This document shows, piece by piece, positions 26,711-38,106 of a stretch of 64,000 nt of DNA. The stretch comes from Takakia lepidozioides. Lineage: Eukaryota > Plantae > Bryophyta. The stretch covers positions 48,360,001 to 48,424,000 of the forward strand of contig CM060732.1 in NCBI GenBank assembly GCA_030704615.1. The letters run 5' to 3'. The position numbers and the translations under genes are program-made. The notes below the pieces were generated by a model. The model ran no database searches. It worked only from the letters and a program-made list of their open reading frames with translations, and was not told the DNA's origin. Positions within the stretch are counted from its first letter, which is position 1. Each line of letters begins with the position of its first letter.

Positions 26711-27127
26711 AATTCCGAACCCGCAACTTGACAACAACGGTGGACTTGTTAATAAGTTATAACTTACTCATCGACACTATGAAGTTCTACATTAAATCCC
26801 TATCAGGTCAATCAAAATTATTCTGGTTAACAGTTATTCAACTCAACAAATATGACGTACAACCGTGGTCCATGCAAAATTCAAATTGAAATTTCCAGAA
26901 TAATGAGAAGAGTGCTTTAAATATAAAGGTCGTCCACAAGCATTGGGCGTCATAGTCAAATCACGAAAGACATGCCTCATGGGCAATGCTTCGAAATTCA
27001 GGCATGAAATGCTATGTTGAAATTTTATAAACCTATTAGAAGTTATAGGAATATTATCATCGACAAAAAGATCTATTCATAGTTGTAATATGTAAGAGTG
27101 AGGCTATTCCGATAAATCTATAGTCTC

Positions 27128-28939
27128 TTATGTTTCACTCCCTGAAGTTGCAGATGGCACCGCCGGACGTGGAGTTGATGACAACACTGAGTGTGTAGAA
27201 GTGGCGTCCGGATGAATGGGCAAGCAAGCTCGGGTCTGGTATCGAGTGTGAGGTGGTGGCCCGAGCCTAACACGTTCCTCGTCCACCCTTACCATCATGT
27301 GGAGTGACTCTGGGGAGTATTGAGTGTCACTCTGCTGATTAACATTTTGGAGGCGACGAGGCAACGAGATAACATTGTTGGCGACAGTTTCAGCGGCCTC
27401 CAAGGTAGCTACAAGGTCCTGGACATTTGGGAGATCAATGGATTTCACACCCACTAACGCGCTTGCTAGACTCATTTGCCACGTTCTAACGACTTGCCTA
27501 ATGGCCTTGGCATATCTGTTGATTTTCTTTTCATCCGCATCCTCATATTTGGGATTGCAATGTAGCCGCCGCTCTTTGCATTCCGTCATTGCATCGTTCA
27601 TTCGGATCCATGATTTGGCAACACGCTCAAGGCTATGCAGCAGCAGATGCCGGCCAATTGGATTACCATTGTATGAGGAAAGGTTCATTCTGTTTGGTGG
27701 GTTCTCGGGCAACCGAAAAAACCTCTCGCTTCTTATTCCCCAATGTCCTCCAAGGTTTCGACAAAACAACTCCCGTTGATCTGGATCTTCTATGCAACGA
27801 GCACGTTTTGTGATTTCCCAATTAGATGTCATCCAAAACTCATCGATATCGAACGTTCGATCGGATATCATGCCATGCATCCTCGTATCGGCATTCCATG
27901 CCAACGTCTTCCCCCAGTGTTTACCATTCAGAAATTGTGAGGTTCCTGGTCCAAAGGGAAATTGTGTCGATTGAACTCATACCCTATGGGCATCACATCC
28001 TTCAACCCAAATAGCACATAGTAACGTCGGTGGATTGGCGCACGACATAACGGACATGTGTTGCTTATGAGAGTCGCCGACTTCAAATAAGTTACGTGAA
28101 ACATATGTCCACAACTTCCCAACAAGCGTGCACCCTCCGGACCATATGGATTAAGGCAAACTGGACAACACGAGCTATCTTTGATCCATGATGGTATTGG
28201 AGGACGTGAGCACTCCACCTACTTGTTGTCGAACAAGTGAGATGACATTTGTGTCTCACTAGTATCCCACTCCTCCATTTCAAATTCCCAAATTATGCTC
28301 TCATTGCCTCCACCAACTCTATGTTCACAACGGTCAAACATGCCATGTAAATCACCCAACACCGTGAATGAGTCAAACTCGGATGTATGGGTGGCAAGTG
28401 CGGCGGACACGTCTTGGCCTTCACGTTTTTTTCTTTCTTCATCATTTTCTTTTTCTCGGTTAGTGGCAAATGCCTCATAGCGCTGCATGCTTGCATAAAT
28501 GTTCTACACAACACGATCTGACATCCGTGCAGCTTGTTGTAGTCGATATAGTGCATGTTCTTTCTGAACCTCTTCTGATGCCAAAGTTCTCGCCCACATG
28601 ACCCACTCCGTCCACCTCTCTTCACGTGGCACTTTTGAGGTCTACTACCCTGACCAGCCGATTTGCAGTCGCCCTTGCGGTATCACGTTCCTTAATGAGA
28701 TTTTCCACAACAATTGTTGTGTCGGATTGAGTAGTTGTTCCCGAACACTCACCCCTCACCACCATAGGCTCCTTGCCTTTTGTCCTCTGTTCACATTTAA
28801 GCCTTGCATCCTGTGCAACAGCAAATGACGACCGGGGCGGGCTAGGAATATCATAAGTTATTTGTGCAATGACATCATTGACCAATATTGAGGACTGTCT
28901 CTCCAATTCCTCTATTTGACGCCTTTGGCGGTCGCCCAC
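27128..28939 (-). pseudogene. TE-borne RING-H2 (E3 ligase-like) protein with coiled-coil N-terminus
   Basis: CPVCLNPYGPEGARLLGSCGHMFHVTYLKS...CPLCR; collinear ORFs 28622-28939, 28219-28488, 27928-28218 and 27128-27904 broken by stops and frameshifts. Confidence 0.75.
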
Positions 28940-29269
28940 ATGGCTGACGTGGTGGTCGCCCGGGCCGGCAGCCCATCTCGCCAGGGACTACCGATGTGGC
29001 GACCGCTGACGTGGCGGTCGCCCAGGCCGGCGCCCCATCCCACCGGGCGACCGGCGCCTGCATGGTCGCCTCGGCAAGCCGTCACCTGGCTGGTCGCCTT
29101 CGTCCTCGCTGTCGCCAACGTGGCAAAAGAATGTTATAATAATAATAATAATAATAAGTAAAAAAAAATTTACCACGATGAATGTCTTCTTATCGACGCG
29201 ACGTGATGCCGACACTGACGTGTTACTGCGGCGTCACGTCCATACCTGCAACCGGGGGGGGGGGGGGGG

Positions 29270-29900
29270 TGGGCGCTTTGGTATCCTAGATCTGGATCGT
29301 GAGATTACTGCTTTATTGGGAAAATGGATTCCCAGGGCCTTTATGCCTAGGGCTGGTCCCTAGAAATGGTTGGTTTGGCTTAATATCCAGCGATCAATCC
29401 TTGCTTCTAGCTTGACCTGGAAACCGTGTCTCCGATGGTTGGTTCAAGGTGGAACTCGGAATTCTAAACAGTCTGTAGGCTCCTTGGGTTGGCAAGCCAT
29501 TTGGAGGGTCTGGACTCGTTTACGAGAATATCTAGTACATAAAAAACCCCCAATGTCTTGGGACGAGGCCATAAGGCAACCTATTTTTGGAAACCTTCAA
29601 TTGGATTGTGAGTCCTGGCCTCTTTCTCTGCTAGGTGGGCTTCTTGGGATCAAGCTGGGATCTCCTTGGTTCAGGACATTTGGGAGGGTTCGGGTATGTC
29701 CCCCTCTAGGCGCTGGTCTGGCTCTCTGCACCCCAATTCTCTAACCGCTAGTTGGCCTTAAATTGATTTTGTAGTATCCCTGCGTTGGTCTCCTCTTCTC
29801 TCGCCTGGGCGGGACCATTGGAATCCTCGTGCTTGGCGGTTGGCCTTTCCTGTGGAAGGCTCTTTTACTTCCTCAGGCAGGGCTGCTGCTCCAACTTTGG
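29270..29900 (+). mobile_element. L1 LINE fragment, right part
   Basis: G.FGILDLDRE..ALLGKWI...WQAIWRVWTRLR...QPIFGN, the continuation of 16580-16895. Confidence 0.65.
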
Positions 29901-30490
29901 TCTCTTTAGATTAGTCTCTACTTCTTAAAACAACCTGGAGCATGGCTTCCTGATCTATCAGGGCTGTAGGATGGTAGTTAAGTTTGCCCTGGGTGGCTGG
30001 TCAGGGTGTTACCCGATTTTCAATGATGTAAGCCTTATGGCCTTTTGTCATGGTTATTTTTTCCAGGACATCCTTATTAATATGAATTACAGGGCTTCAT
30101 CCCCTTTTATTTTATTTTATAAAAAAACCTACCCTCCCAACACTGGCTTTGAAGTGTCCACCTTCCCGCTCTAGGCAGCAACCCAAATTTACACTCCCTT
30201 GGGGAGGCCTCATACTTAGGGTATGTTGGCGTATCACAAAACAGAGGCCTATGACAGCATGGCAATTTTTATTTTTTTTATTTTTTTCCATCTTTCCAAT
30301 ATCGCCACAGGGGCCATCTGTAAATTCTAACCAGTGCCCATGTGGCAAGAATAGTGAGGTGGAAGGGTTAGAAGAGTGGCTATATAAACATGTGGCACGT
30401 TCTAACAGGTCCACGCAGGAAAATTCAAGCTCATGATATTCAACTAGTGGCGCTTTCTAGCGAGCTTATTTTTGAATTTTCTGTACATAA

Positions 30491-31234
30491 TCAATATATG
30501 AAGCGAGACGTTTGTTTTATTTTGTTTGTTTTGTTTTGTAGATTTGAGATGTCCCAACCGTGGGGCCCCGGCACTGGTGCTTGGTACCGTTGGAAAGCCC
30601 TCAATGAGGAGGGGTGCACGGGCTTGGTCTCACGAGTTTTGGACATGCAGTGTGGGAGATGTGGAATTCCAAGTACTTTGGGTCGTTGGAAATTCACAAA
30701 AGGCTACGTGGAAAAAAAATGCATTTGGACGTAGATGATATTGGAGACTTGGGCCAATGGCACACGCTACCCTACAGACGGGAGATATATCAATAATGAT
30801 TGGATATTACTACTCAATAAATTCATGAAAAAAAATAAAAAAAATGGGGCCTTGACATGGGAGACGTACTTGGATACATAAAAGATTGCACATTGGGCTT
30901 AGATGGGCCTCGGCACTCGACATAGAAGACGCACATGGGAGACTCCCTTGGATACATAGGAATATATCGCACTTGGGCTTAGATGACAGTGGACACTTGG
31001 GCCACTACATTGGAGATGCACTTGGATACATAGAAGATTGCACTTGGGCTTAGATGGGCCTCGACATAGGAGACGCACAGGGACATAGGAAATTGCACTT
31101 GGTCTTAGATTTCAAATTTTCACACATGTGCTAACGGCAGAGGCTACCTAGAGGTCGCACTTGGGCCTGGACATGGGAGACGTACTTGGATATGTAGGAG
31201 ATTGCACTTGGGCCAACGGCACAAGCTACCCTAG
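30491..31234 (+). mobile_element. Complete non-autonomous Helitron
   Basis: A|TCaatatatg ... cttgggccaacggcacaag (hairpin) ctaccCTAG|T; no TSD; same family as 14778-16352. Confidence 0.78.
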
Positions 31235-31450
31235 TTGCCTTGTAAAAGTTTAAAGTAGCCAACTCATGTAAGTTCCAGGTGAAATCTGGCGATGTTTTGC
31301 CTAAAAAAGAACACTGCCACAGAGTGCGATAGTATGCCACATGTCTTTACGGACAAAATGCCTTGGTCTCCGACTCCATCTCATGCCACATAGGGCAAGG
31401 TGTCTATACTCTGTACATTCATCATACAGTCATCGACCATGCGGGTAATA

Positions 31451-33882
31451 CCGTAGTGGGATAGCCAAATTTGGGAAGACGCAAGCTCCAAGCTAGAACA
31501 AATATTCACTCAAATTACAGAATCCACGCTACATACATGCACAAAGTTCCCCGATCCAGTACAAACTGAACGATAAAAAATAAACGGAGGATACTTGACA
31601 AGAACACAACAGAGAAAATGGCAAGCACAATTAATAATCCACCACAAAATCCGCAAAGCTATTACAATCCTCTCATCTGACCCACGAGACCCCCAATGGA
31701 GAAACACCCCATCTATTATAGACCTAAACCCAATAGTAGCTTGCAGTCAGGCTAGCGTATATGTAGATGACATTGCTACCGTGTCTCGAAGTAGTTCCTC
31801 TGGAACCTCGGGTAGTTGATGGGGTTGGTGGAGACTGGCTTAATAAATGGTGTTTTGCATTACAAGTGTTGCCACCCTGTTCTGCTACCATGTTTTTACA
31901 CATATTGCAAAGCAGCTTTAGGGATTTCCTGGTGTATGTTTGGAGATCTTCAATCATTCAAAAGTGGATGTAAATTGGGGGGAAGGAACTTCATTCAAAC
32001 AAAATCATTCTCGTTCGTGTTCATTACGCACTCGGACATTAAACTCTATGAAATATCCTGCGTCTGTGCTCAAATACCATTCACAGACCTCCCTTGATTT
32101 CTCGTACAAACCAGATTTAGATGAGGGAGGAGACTTTTCGGAAAATAAAGTTGCAAAATCTGGGGCGTGGCAATCGACTAGCGTTCCGCGGAAATAGGTG
32201 ACTTCCGCGGAATTAGGTCCTGTACGTGGGAAACCTCACTATCATGGCGTGAGCCTGGCCAGGCTCACGCGGAAGCATTCCCCCTTTGCAGAGTGCAATC
32301 CGCAATAGAAAGACATGTGACCCTTAGGCCTCTTTGGGCAGCGAGACCAAAAACCTTTGCTATACCACTCCCAGATTTCACAGAACCCACTACCTTAAAA
32401 TTCCAACCACGGAAATGCATATATACTGATGGCTCCTTAAAAGATGCCCAAGCGGGTTATGGTATATATTTGGTTGGCACCAATACCAAAATATATAGCC
32501 GTCTCCCTGGTCGCCAGAATATCCTACGAGCGGAGCTTATGGCTATACATGATGCTCTCAAGTCTCTCCCCTACCAACCTACTTCAACATACTATTTGTT
32601 TACAGACAGCTTGGTCTCCCTATACCTTCTCACCAACCAAATTTGCATGCCATCATCACAAATTCACCATCCTGATATTACACTTATAAAATGAATCGTC
32701 GATGTTGTATCATCTTTACCGCTGCAAATCCATATACATAGAGTTCGATCTCACATAGAATTAATAGGTAATCACATAGCAGACCATCTTGCCCAACTTG
32801 GTGCTATTCAGCCAATCATCAACCCCTCGACCAGCCTTATCCACCGGTCGCACACATACCCGTTTTGGCTCATATCAACAAGGGCTAGATTCCCGACCAT
32901 AGCACCTATACGGAATCTGCACACACACATTCAAGGCGAGACCAAACTACTCATACAATAATCCCGCACCTACAGAAATTCGTACATATCTAAGTAGGTC
33001 TCGTCCCCACACCTGCTACATAGTATGTCCAATCATTTTTGGACATCCCCCAGGGTTACCGATGCACAAATCAAACAAACTTTGAAATTCCGGTATTCAT
33101 CCCAAAATCCCCAAATAGATACATGCCACACTTACTTCGCCACTGCAACCACCCCATAATACATGGGTTGCGAGTAACCAAACATAACCAAGGGGTTAGA
33201 CAACTCCACAAAATTCTCACTTCACATCCGAAATCCAGATGGTTTAACCTCATCAATGCAGGCACATTCCAAGGTCGCCCACCGGACCACACCATACCCC
33301 CATGGCTGCTACCGTGTATATGCTCCCAAGGACACCCGTGCCTTTGTCTAGCAAGACTATGCCCAAATATTTTGCTAGTCCAGGGACTTCATATATAGGC
33401 ATTGCCACTGACAGAACCGCTTCCATCTCTCAAAATATATTTTTTGGAATTTGCATTCTGCCATGATCGAAATCCAGATCAATCAATTATGTACAAACAT
33501 GAAAAATATGACCCAATCATACATGCCCTCCGTCACAGAGGCTGGAACACGGCACCTCTGACCGTCATCACTGCGGGTGTCAGGGGCGGTGCTCATACCC
33601 ATAATATCTAAGGTTTGAAAGATAATCTTAACCTACCACCCAAATACCCTACACCTCTACTACGAGCGTTGCATTTCACGGCTATTTTATCACTCACATC
33701 CCTAATCCTCAATAAACGTAAGATTGAAAGTGGCCAGCTAGCCACTGTGTGACAGGTTATGGTTCGGATAGAGCCCACCCCAAGATTCCTCATTTAATTT
33801 TTTTCTCAAAAGTGCCTAACTGCCAAGTGCCCCAAAAATAATTATTAGGCAGGCAAGTGCCTAACTGGCTATCCCACTATGG
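31451..33882. mobile_element. TA-flanked 17-bp TIR unit (Tc1/mariner-like ends) enclosing retroelement DNA
   Basis: TA-ccgtagtgggatagcca ... tggctatcccactatgg-TA (16/17 match). Confidence 0.55.
32293..33752 (+). pseudogene. Non-LTR retrotransposon 3' region: RNase H plus restriction-like endonuclease (Dualen/RandI-like architecture)
   Basis: IYTDGS...RAELMAI...LFTDSL...RVRSH...GNHIADHLA (RNase H); KHNQGVRQL...CPNILLV...KIYFLEFAFCHD...KHEKY...VITAGVRG (RLE). Confidence 0.72.
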
Positions 33883-34289
33883 TACATGATAAATGCAGAT
33901 AATAACTGATCGAGTCATTATTGAACTAATAGAAGATTTCAACTGAAATCTCGCTAAGTTAGTAGCTATGTTGGCCTATGAGCATACACTTAAGGACGTT
34001 TTCATCCCTATCGGATGAAGTAGCTCTGCCCACAGTGTGGCACTGTGGATTGCCTGACCTTCCCAAACTGGCCAAGTTATATTCGGGTAAGATGAGTGAA
34101 TTTACGTGTATCTAAAGCAAAAGGGGTCCAAATGTCCAAACTCCAATCGTCCAAACCAAGTGTTGTAGTGCATCCAATCATCCACAGCACTGATGTAGCG
34201 CTGTACCGCTGGGTTTGATTATTAGGCAAATGTCCATAATACATAACATATGCCTCATAAGCCTATCATGACCATTCACCACAGCACCA

Positions 34290-34870
34290 CATGTAGTAGG
34301 AAAGATAATAGGAATAATGTAAGAACTTAATGGACTCGTGTGATCTGACAGTACTTTCGCCGGGTTCCAGCAACTGGGGCTCCTCCGGCAAGGTCCATGT
34401 CAAATCCTCCCCACCCCATATTATCTCGGTTTCACCATTAAATACTTATGAATCCGAGTGGGTTGCAAGCTGTGGTGGGTAGAGTGATGGTAAGGTGATA
34501 GCAATGGAGGCGGCGAGGTTCCGGGTTCAGTTCCTGGTGGGAGGCTGTGGCAGTGTAACCCTCCACTTGGTGTAACCCTCTGTAACCCTGATTTCTCATG
34601 TAACTCTGGTTGGTCCATTCTCCATTCTGTGTAACCCCGAGTGGAGTTACACTCCTCGTCGTGTAACCTGATGTAACCCCAAGTGGAGTTACACACCTCG
34701 TTGTGTAACCCGATGTAACCCCGACTGGAGTTGACACTCCTTCAGTTCCATGTCACTCTCAAGAGAGGGTGGGAAGATTTGACATGCCGGAAACCGGCGT
34801 ACCATCCTGTCAGAGGTTGCACGTGTGCATTAAGTTCTTACATTATTCCTATTATCTTCCGTTACTATTT
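34290..34870. repeat. Foldback: long inverted arms around a tRNA-like box and a 42-bp palindromic tandem repeat
   Basis: aagataataggaataatgtaagaacttaatg at 34301 pairs with 34828-34858; catgtcaaatc at 34396 pairs with 34776; three units tgtaacccc.agtggagttacac at 34629-34737. Confidence 0.7.
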
Positions 34871-36274
34871 AACGGCATTCAATGCAGGGTGGCACTTATT
34901 ATGGCCATCAACATTGCGCTTTCATTCAGACATGCTTGCTTCTTAATGGGAATGACTTGCGAGCTTTCGCTCCCCGGTGTTTATTTTATATTTTTTTGTT
35001 TTTTTGGTAAAACTGGCCCGAGGTGTTTCCCTTTGATGAGAGGAAGCATTCGCCTGGAGAATATGAAGACGAGTCAGATCACGATGTCTTCGATGTTCCA
35101 CCAAAGCCTACCATTGACGCGCTGAAGAAGTGGCGGGTATGTCTTACTAATTTCTTGACGTGAAAGTTGCTGGGGCTGGATACAACTATTGCATTCATGC
35201 CCATGCCCATCAAGGGAGATGCCAACACTTAAGGCAGTTGCGGTGATGTCAATGTTGTTGAAGCTCTGAGCTCTGCATAAAGTAATAATGTGATTGTTGC
35301 GATTATACTAGGAGTTCAGACCGGTGCCTCCCGTACTCGGTAGTTGTGATGAGGCAGCTCTCATAGCCTAATTGCTGGTCAGTCGCGGCTAGGATTGAAG
35401 CCCTTTGTTCCTGCACATTTCTTATCATTTTCGATGGCAATGTTGCTGGGGGAAGGGCCCTAAAGTGTGAATTTCGATAGCAAACCTCGTTTCGCTCAGT
35501 TGGAGAGGCTCGAGACAAAGCACTAAGCTCTACTTGGATCTGAACGCTAGATTGAATACCGTGCTATTGTTAATGTTCTCATGAGAAGATATGGGGACCT
35601 TAATCAACCTCATTTTCACGGGTAGTACCAGCAGTCGAGCGAGCCTTCCGTGATCATAGTGGCCCCAATTCTGCTCCTCCCTCCGCTCAAACTCATTCCT
35701 GCTCTGTTGGACCGGCCTGGGACATGGCCATAGCCTACAACTAGCAGAGTCTAACGAATAATAGCGAAGGTCTGTAAGGACGCAATAGTCCCACTTCACA
35801 TCATGTGATTCTTGCCTCTTTTAAGTGACCCTGTTAGCGGTTTTGTGCAGCAAGCAACCTTGGCACTTAATGCCTCCCGTCGATTTCGGTACACCTCAGA
35901 TCTTCACAAGCAAGAAGAAGCACTGAATAAGGAAAGGACTACCAACCGTTTTGTTGCCATCACCATACTTTACTAGTAAGTGGATGTCTGTCCTGTGTGA
36001 TGCATCCATAAATCTATGAGATTGTTATCTTATGATGCTTATTATAATTGTAGCACGTCTTTCTTGCCTCACTTTTCAGCACTGTTGTTGCATCTTGGGA
36101 AAGAAACTCCATGAACACAAATGGTTGCTCACTTCACCAGTTTTGGCAACCTTGGAGTGAGCTTTAGATTTTGAGTTTTCAGTGCCACTACTGAATGGAT
36201 CTAACCAAAAACAAAGGTTCATATTAACCTCATATGATGGTCCATGTGGTTTCACTTGGTCTACTGCAGCAACT

Positions 36275-36661
36275 GTTGTACCTCAGTTCAAACACAGTGG
36301 TTGAGCAGTTGGATGCACCACGGGAGGGGGGCTTCGGACGAGTTCGTAAGGTACAAATTGCGGGTGATATCCGAATTAATATTAATTGGCAATTGGCGGG
36401 GAATACACGTAAGGAGAAAGATCCTCATCTTGCTAGGAGGCAACATTTTGAAGAGGCCATGGCTATGCGATTCACGCATCATGGGATTATAAAATATATA
36501 TGTGTTCATCCACGAGACTTGGAGGGTTACACATTGTGGTGGAATGGGGGTTCCCTACGTGATGTTTGGAAGAGTGACGAACGAATTGGGAGCCGGGAGG
36601 ATAATAGGGAGGTGTTGGCAAAGCATTGGACCGAGCAAAAACAGGAGCAGGTGAACCGTTT
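36275..36661 (+). pseudogene. Kinase fragment from a second copy of the hAT element, interrupted by MULE B
   Basis: Near-identical to 18595-18982; homology ends exactly at the B TIR. Confidence 0.88.
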
Positions 36662-37299
36662 GGAGGGCAGCTACCGTGTGAGTAGCTCACGTAAGCACGC
36701 TCACGCTTAAAGTGGAAAACGTGAGCATAATCCCTTAAGCGTGAGCAGATTAGTGAATGGGAGCCTACAACCGAGGGAAGAAGATGGCCTATTACCGTGG
36801 ACAAAAACTACAATGCACGGACGCATGCACACCCCATCCGACAGGACAATCCAAGCTCCATGACGACCGTATGGTACGAATGTGCAATGAAAAAACCGAT
36901 GGATGAATGGTTTCAGGATGAATGAAAAGTGGAAAGGATGAATGATGGATGACTGTTGGATGAGAAATGAGCGAAATGGATGAACCTTGACTTCGTTTTT
37001 GTTTCACGTGGAGCAATTGCATCTCAAGTGTGTCCTGAATTTCAGATTTGTCAGCTAATCCTGGCAGTACTTACTTTGAGGGAACTTGAAGGAAACTGCT
37101 AAAGTTACAAGGCAATTACATACAGGAATAAATTTGAGTTACCTATGGACTCTTCTGATGGGGGTGGGGCTGCTGAGGAGGGAGGAGGATAGAACATGAG
37201 AAGTGGAGGACAAAACAAAATCGCAGAAACATTTCTCCAAAAACAATGAACCCAAAAAATTGAGTCCAAAAAAACTTTGAAGGTGGTGTGTGTCCAGGT

Positions 37300-38005
37300 G
37301 AGGGGGGATTAAGGTGTCGTCAACGACATCTTAATTCCCACCTCCTGTTGCCACAAACATTTCATGGAAAATTCCAAAAAACCAGAAAATTTGAATCCAA
37401 CAAAACTTTCAAGCCGACACATGTGCAGGTCGCGGGGATTAAGGTGTCGTCAATGACATCTTAAATCCCACCAGCTGCTGCCACGTCTTTTCAGATTATG
37501 GCCCAAAATTGGGAAAAACAGAAATCCAACAAAACTTTGAAGGTGGTGCGTGTGCAGGTCGGGGCGATTAAGGTGTCGTCAACGACATCTTAATTCCCAT
37601 AACTTGTTGCAATATGACAGTTCATGGAAAAACCCAAAAAACCAAAAAAAAATGAATCCAGAAAAGCTTTCAAGGCGGTGTGGCTGCAGGGGGGATTAAG
37701 GTGTCGTCAACGACATCTTAATTCCAACAACCTCAAAAGAATTTTCAAGGCGGTGCGCGTGCAGGTCGGGGGGGTTAAGATGTCGTCAACAACATCTTAA
37801 TTCCAACCACCTGAACAAAACTTTCACGGCGGTGCGTGTGCAGGTTGGAGGTATTAAGGTGTCGTCAACGACATCTTATTTCCCACCACCTTTTGGGACA
37901 TGTCAATTCATCGAAAAACCCAAATAACCAAAAAAATATGAATCCAACAAAGGCAGTGCGTGTGCAGGTGGGTGGATTAAGGTGTCGTCAACGACATCTT
38001 AATTG
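37300..38005. repeat. Array of B-specific 28-bp palindrome, subterminal
   Basis: Seven copies of attaaggtgtcgtcaacgacatcttaat. Confidence 0.92.
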
Positions 38006-38106
38006 GATAAACCACCAACCCCAATACAAACAAACCGAAAACAGATTCAGCCAAAACAGAAATGGAACATGTTAAAAACATTACATTGAACAAAGTGGAG
38101 TCATTG

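Larger units (their letters stand above)
16940..29254 (+). mobile_element. 12.3-kb hAT-superfamily transposon with kinase and RING cargo genes
   Basis: TIR cggttgcaagcactgacg / cgtccatacctgcaaccg, G-runs on both flanks, GGTCGCC/GGCGACC subterminal clusters, internal hAT transposase; the flanking LINE resumes across the insertion. Confidence 0.8.

Noticed and set aside
34470-34545. tRNA gene
   Set aside because: Only box-like motifs; no convincing cloverleaf or acceptor stem.
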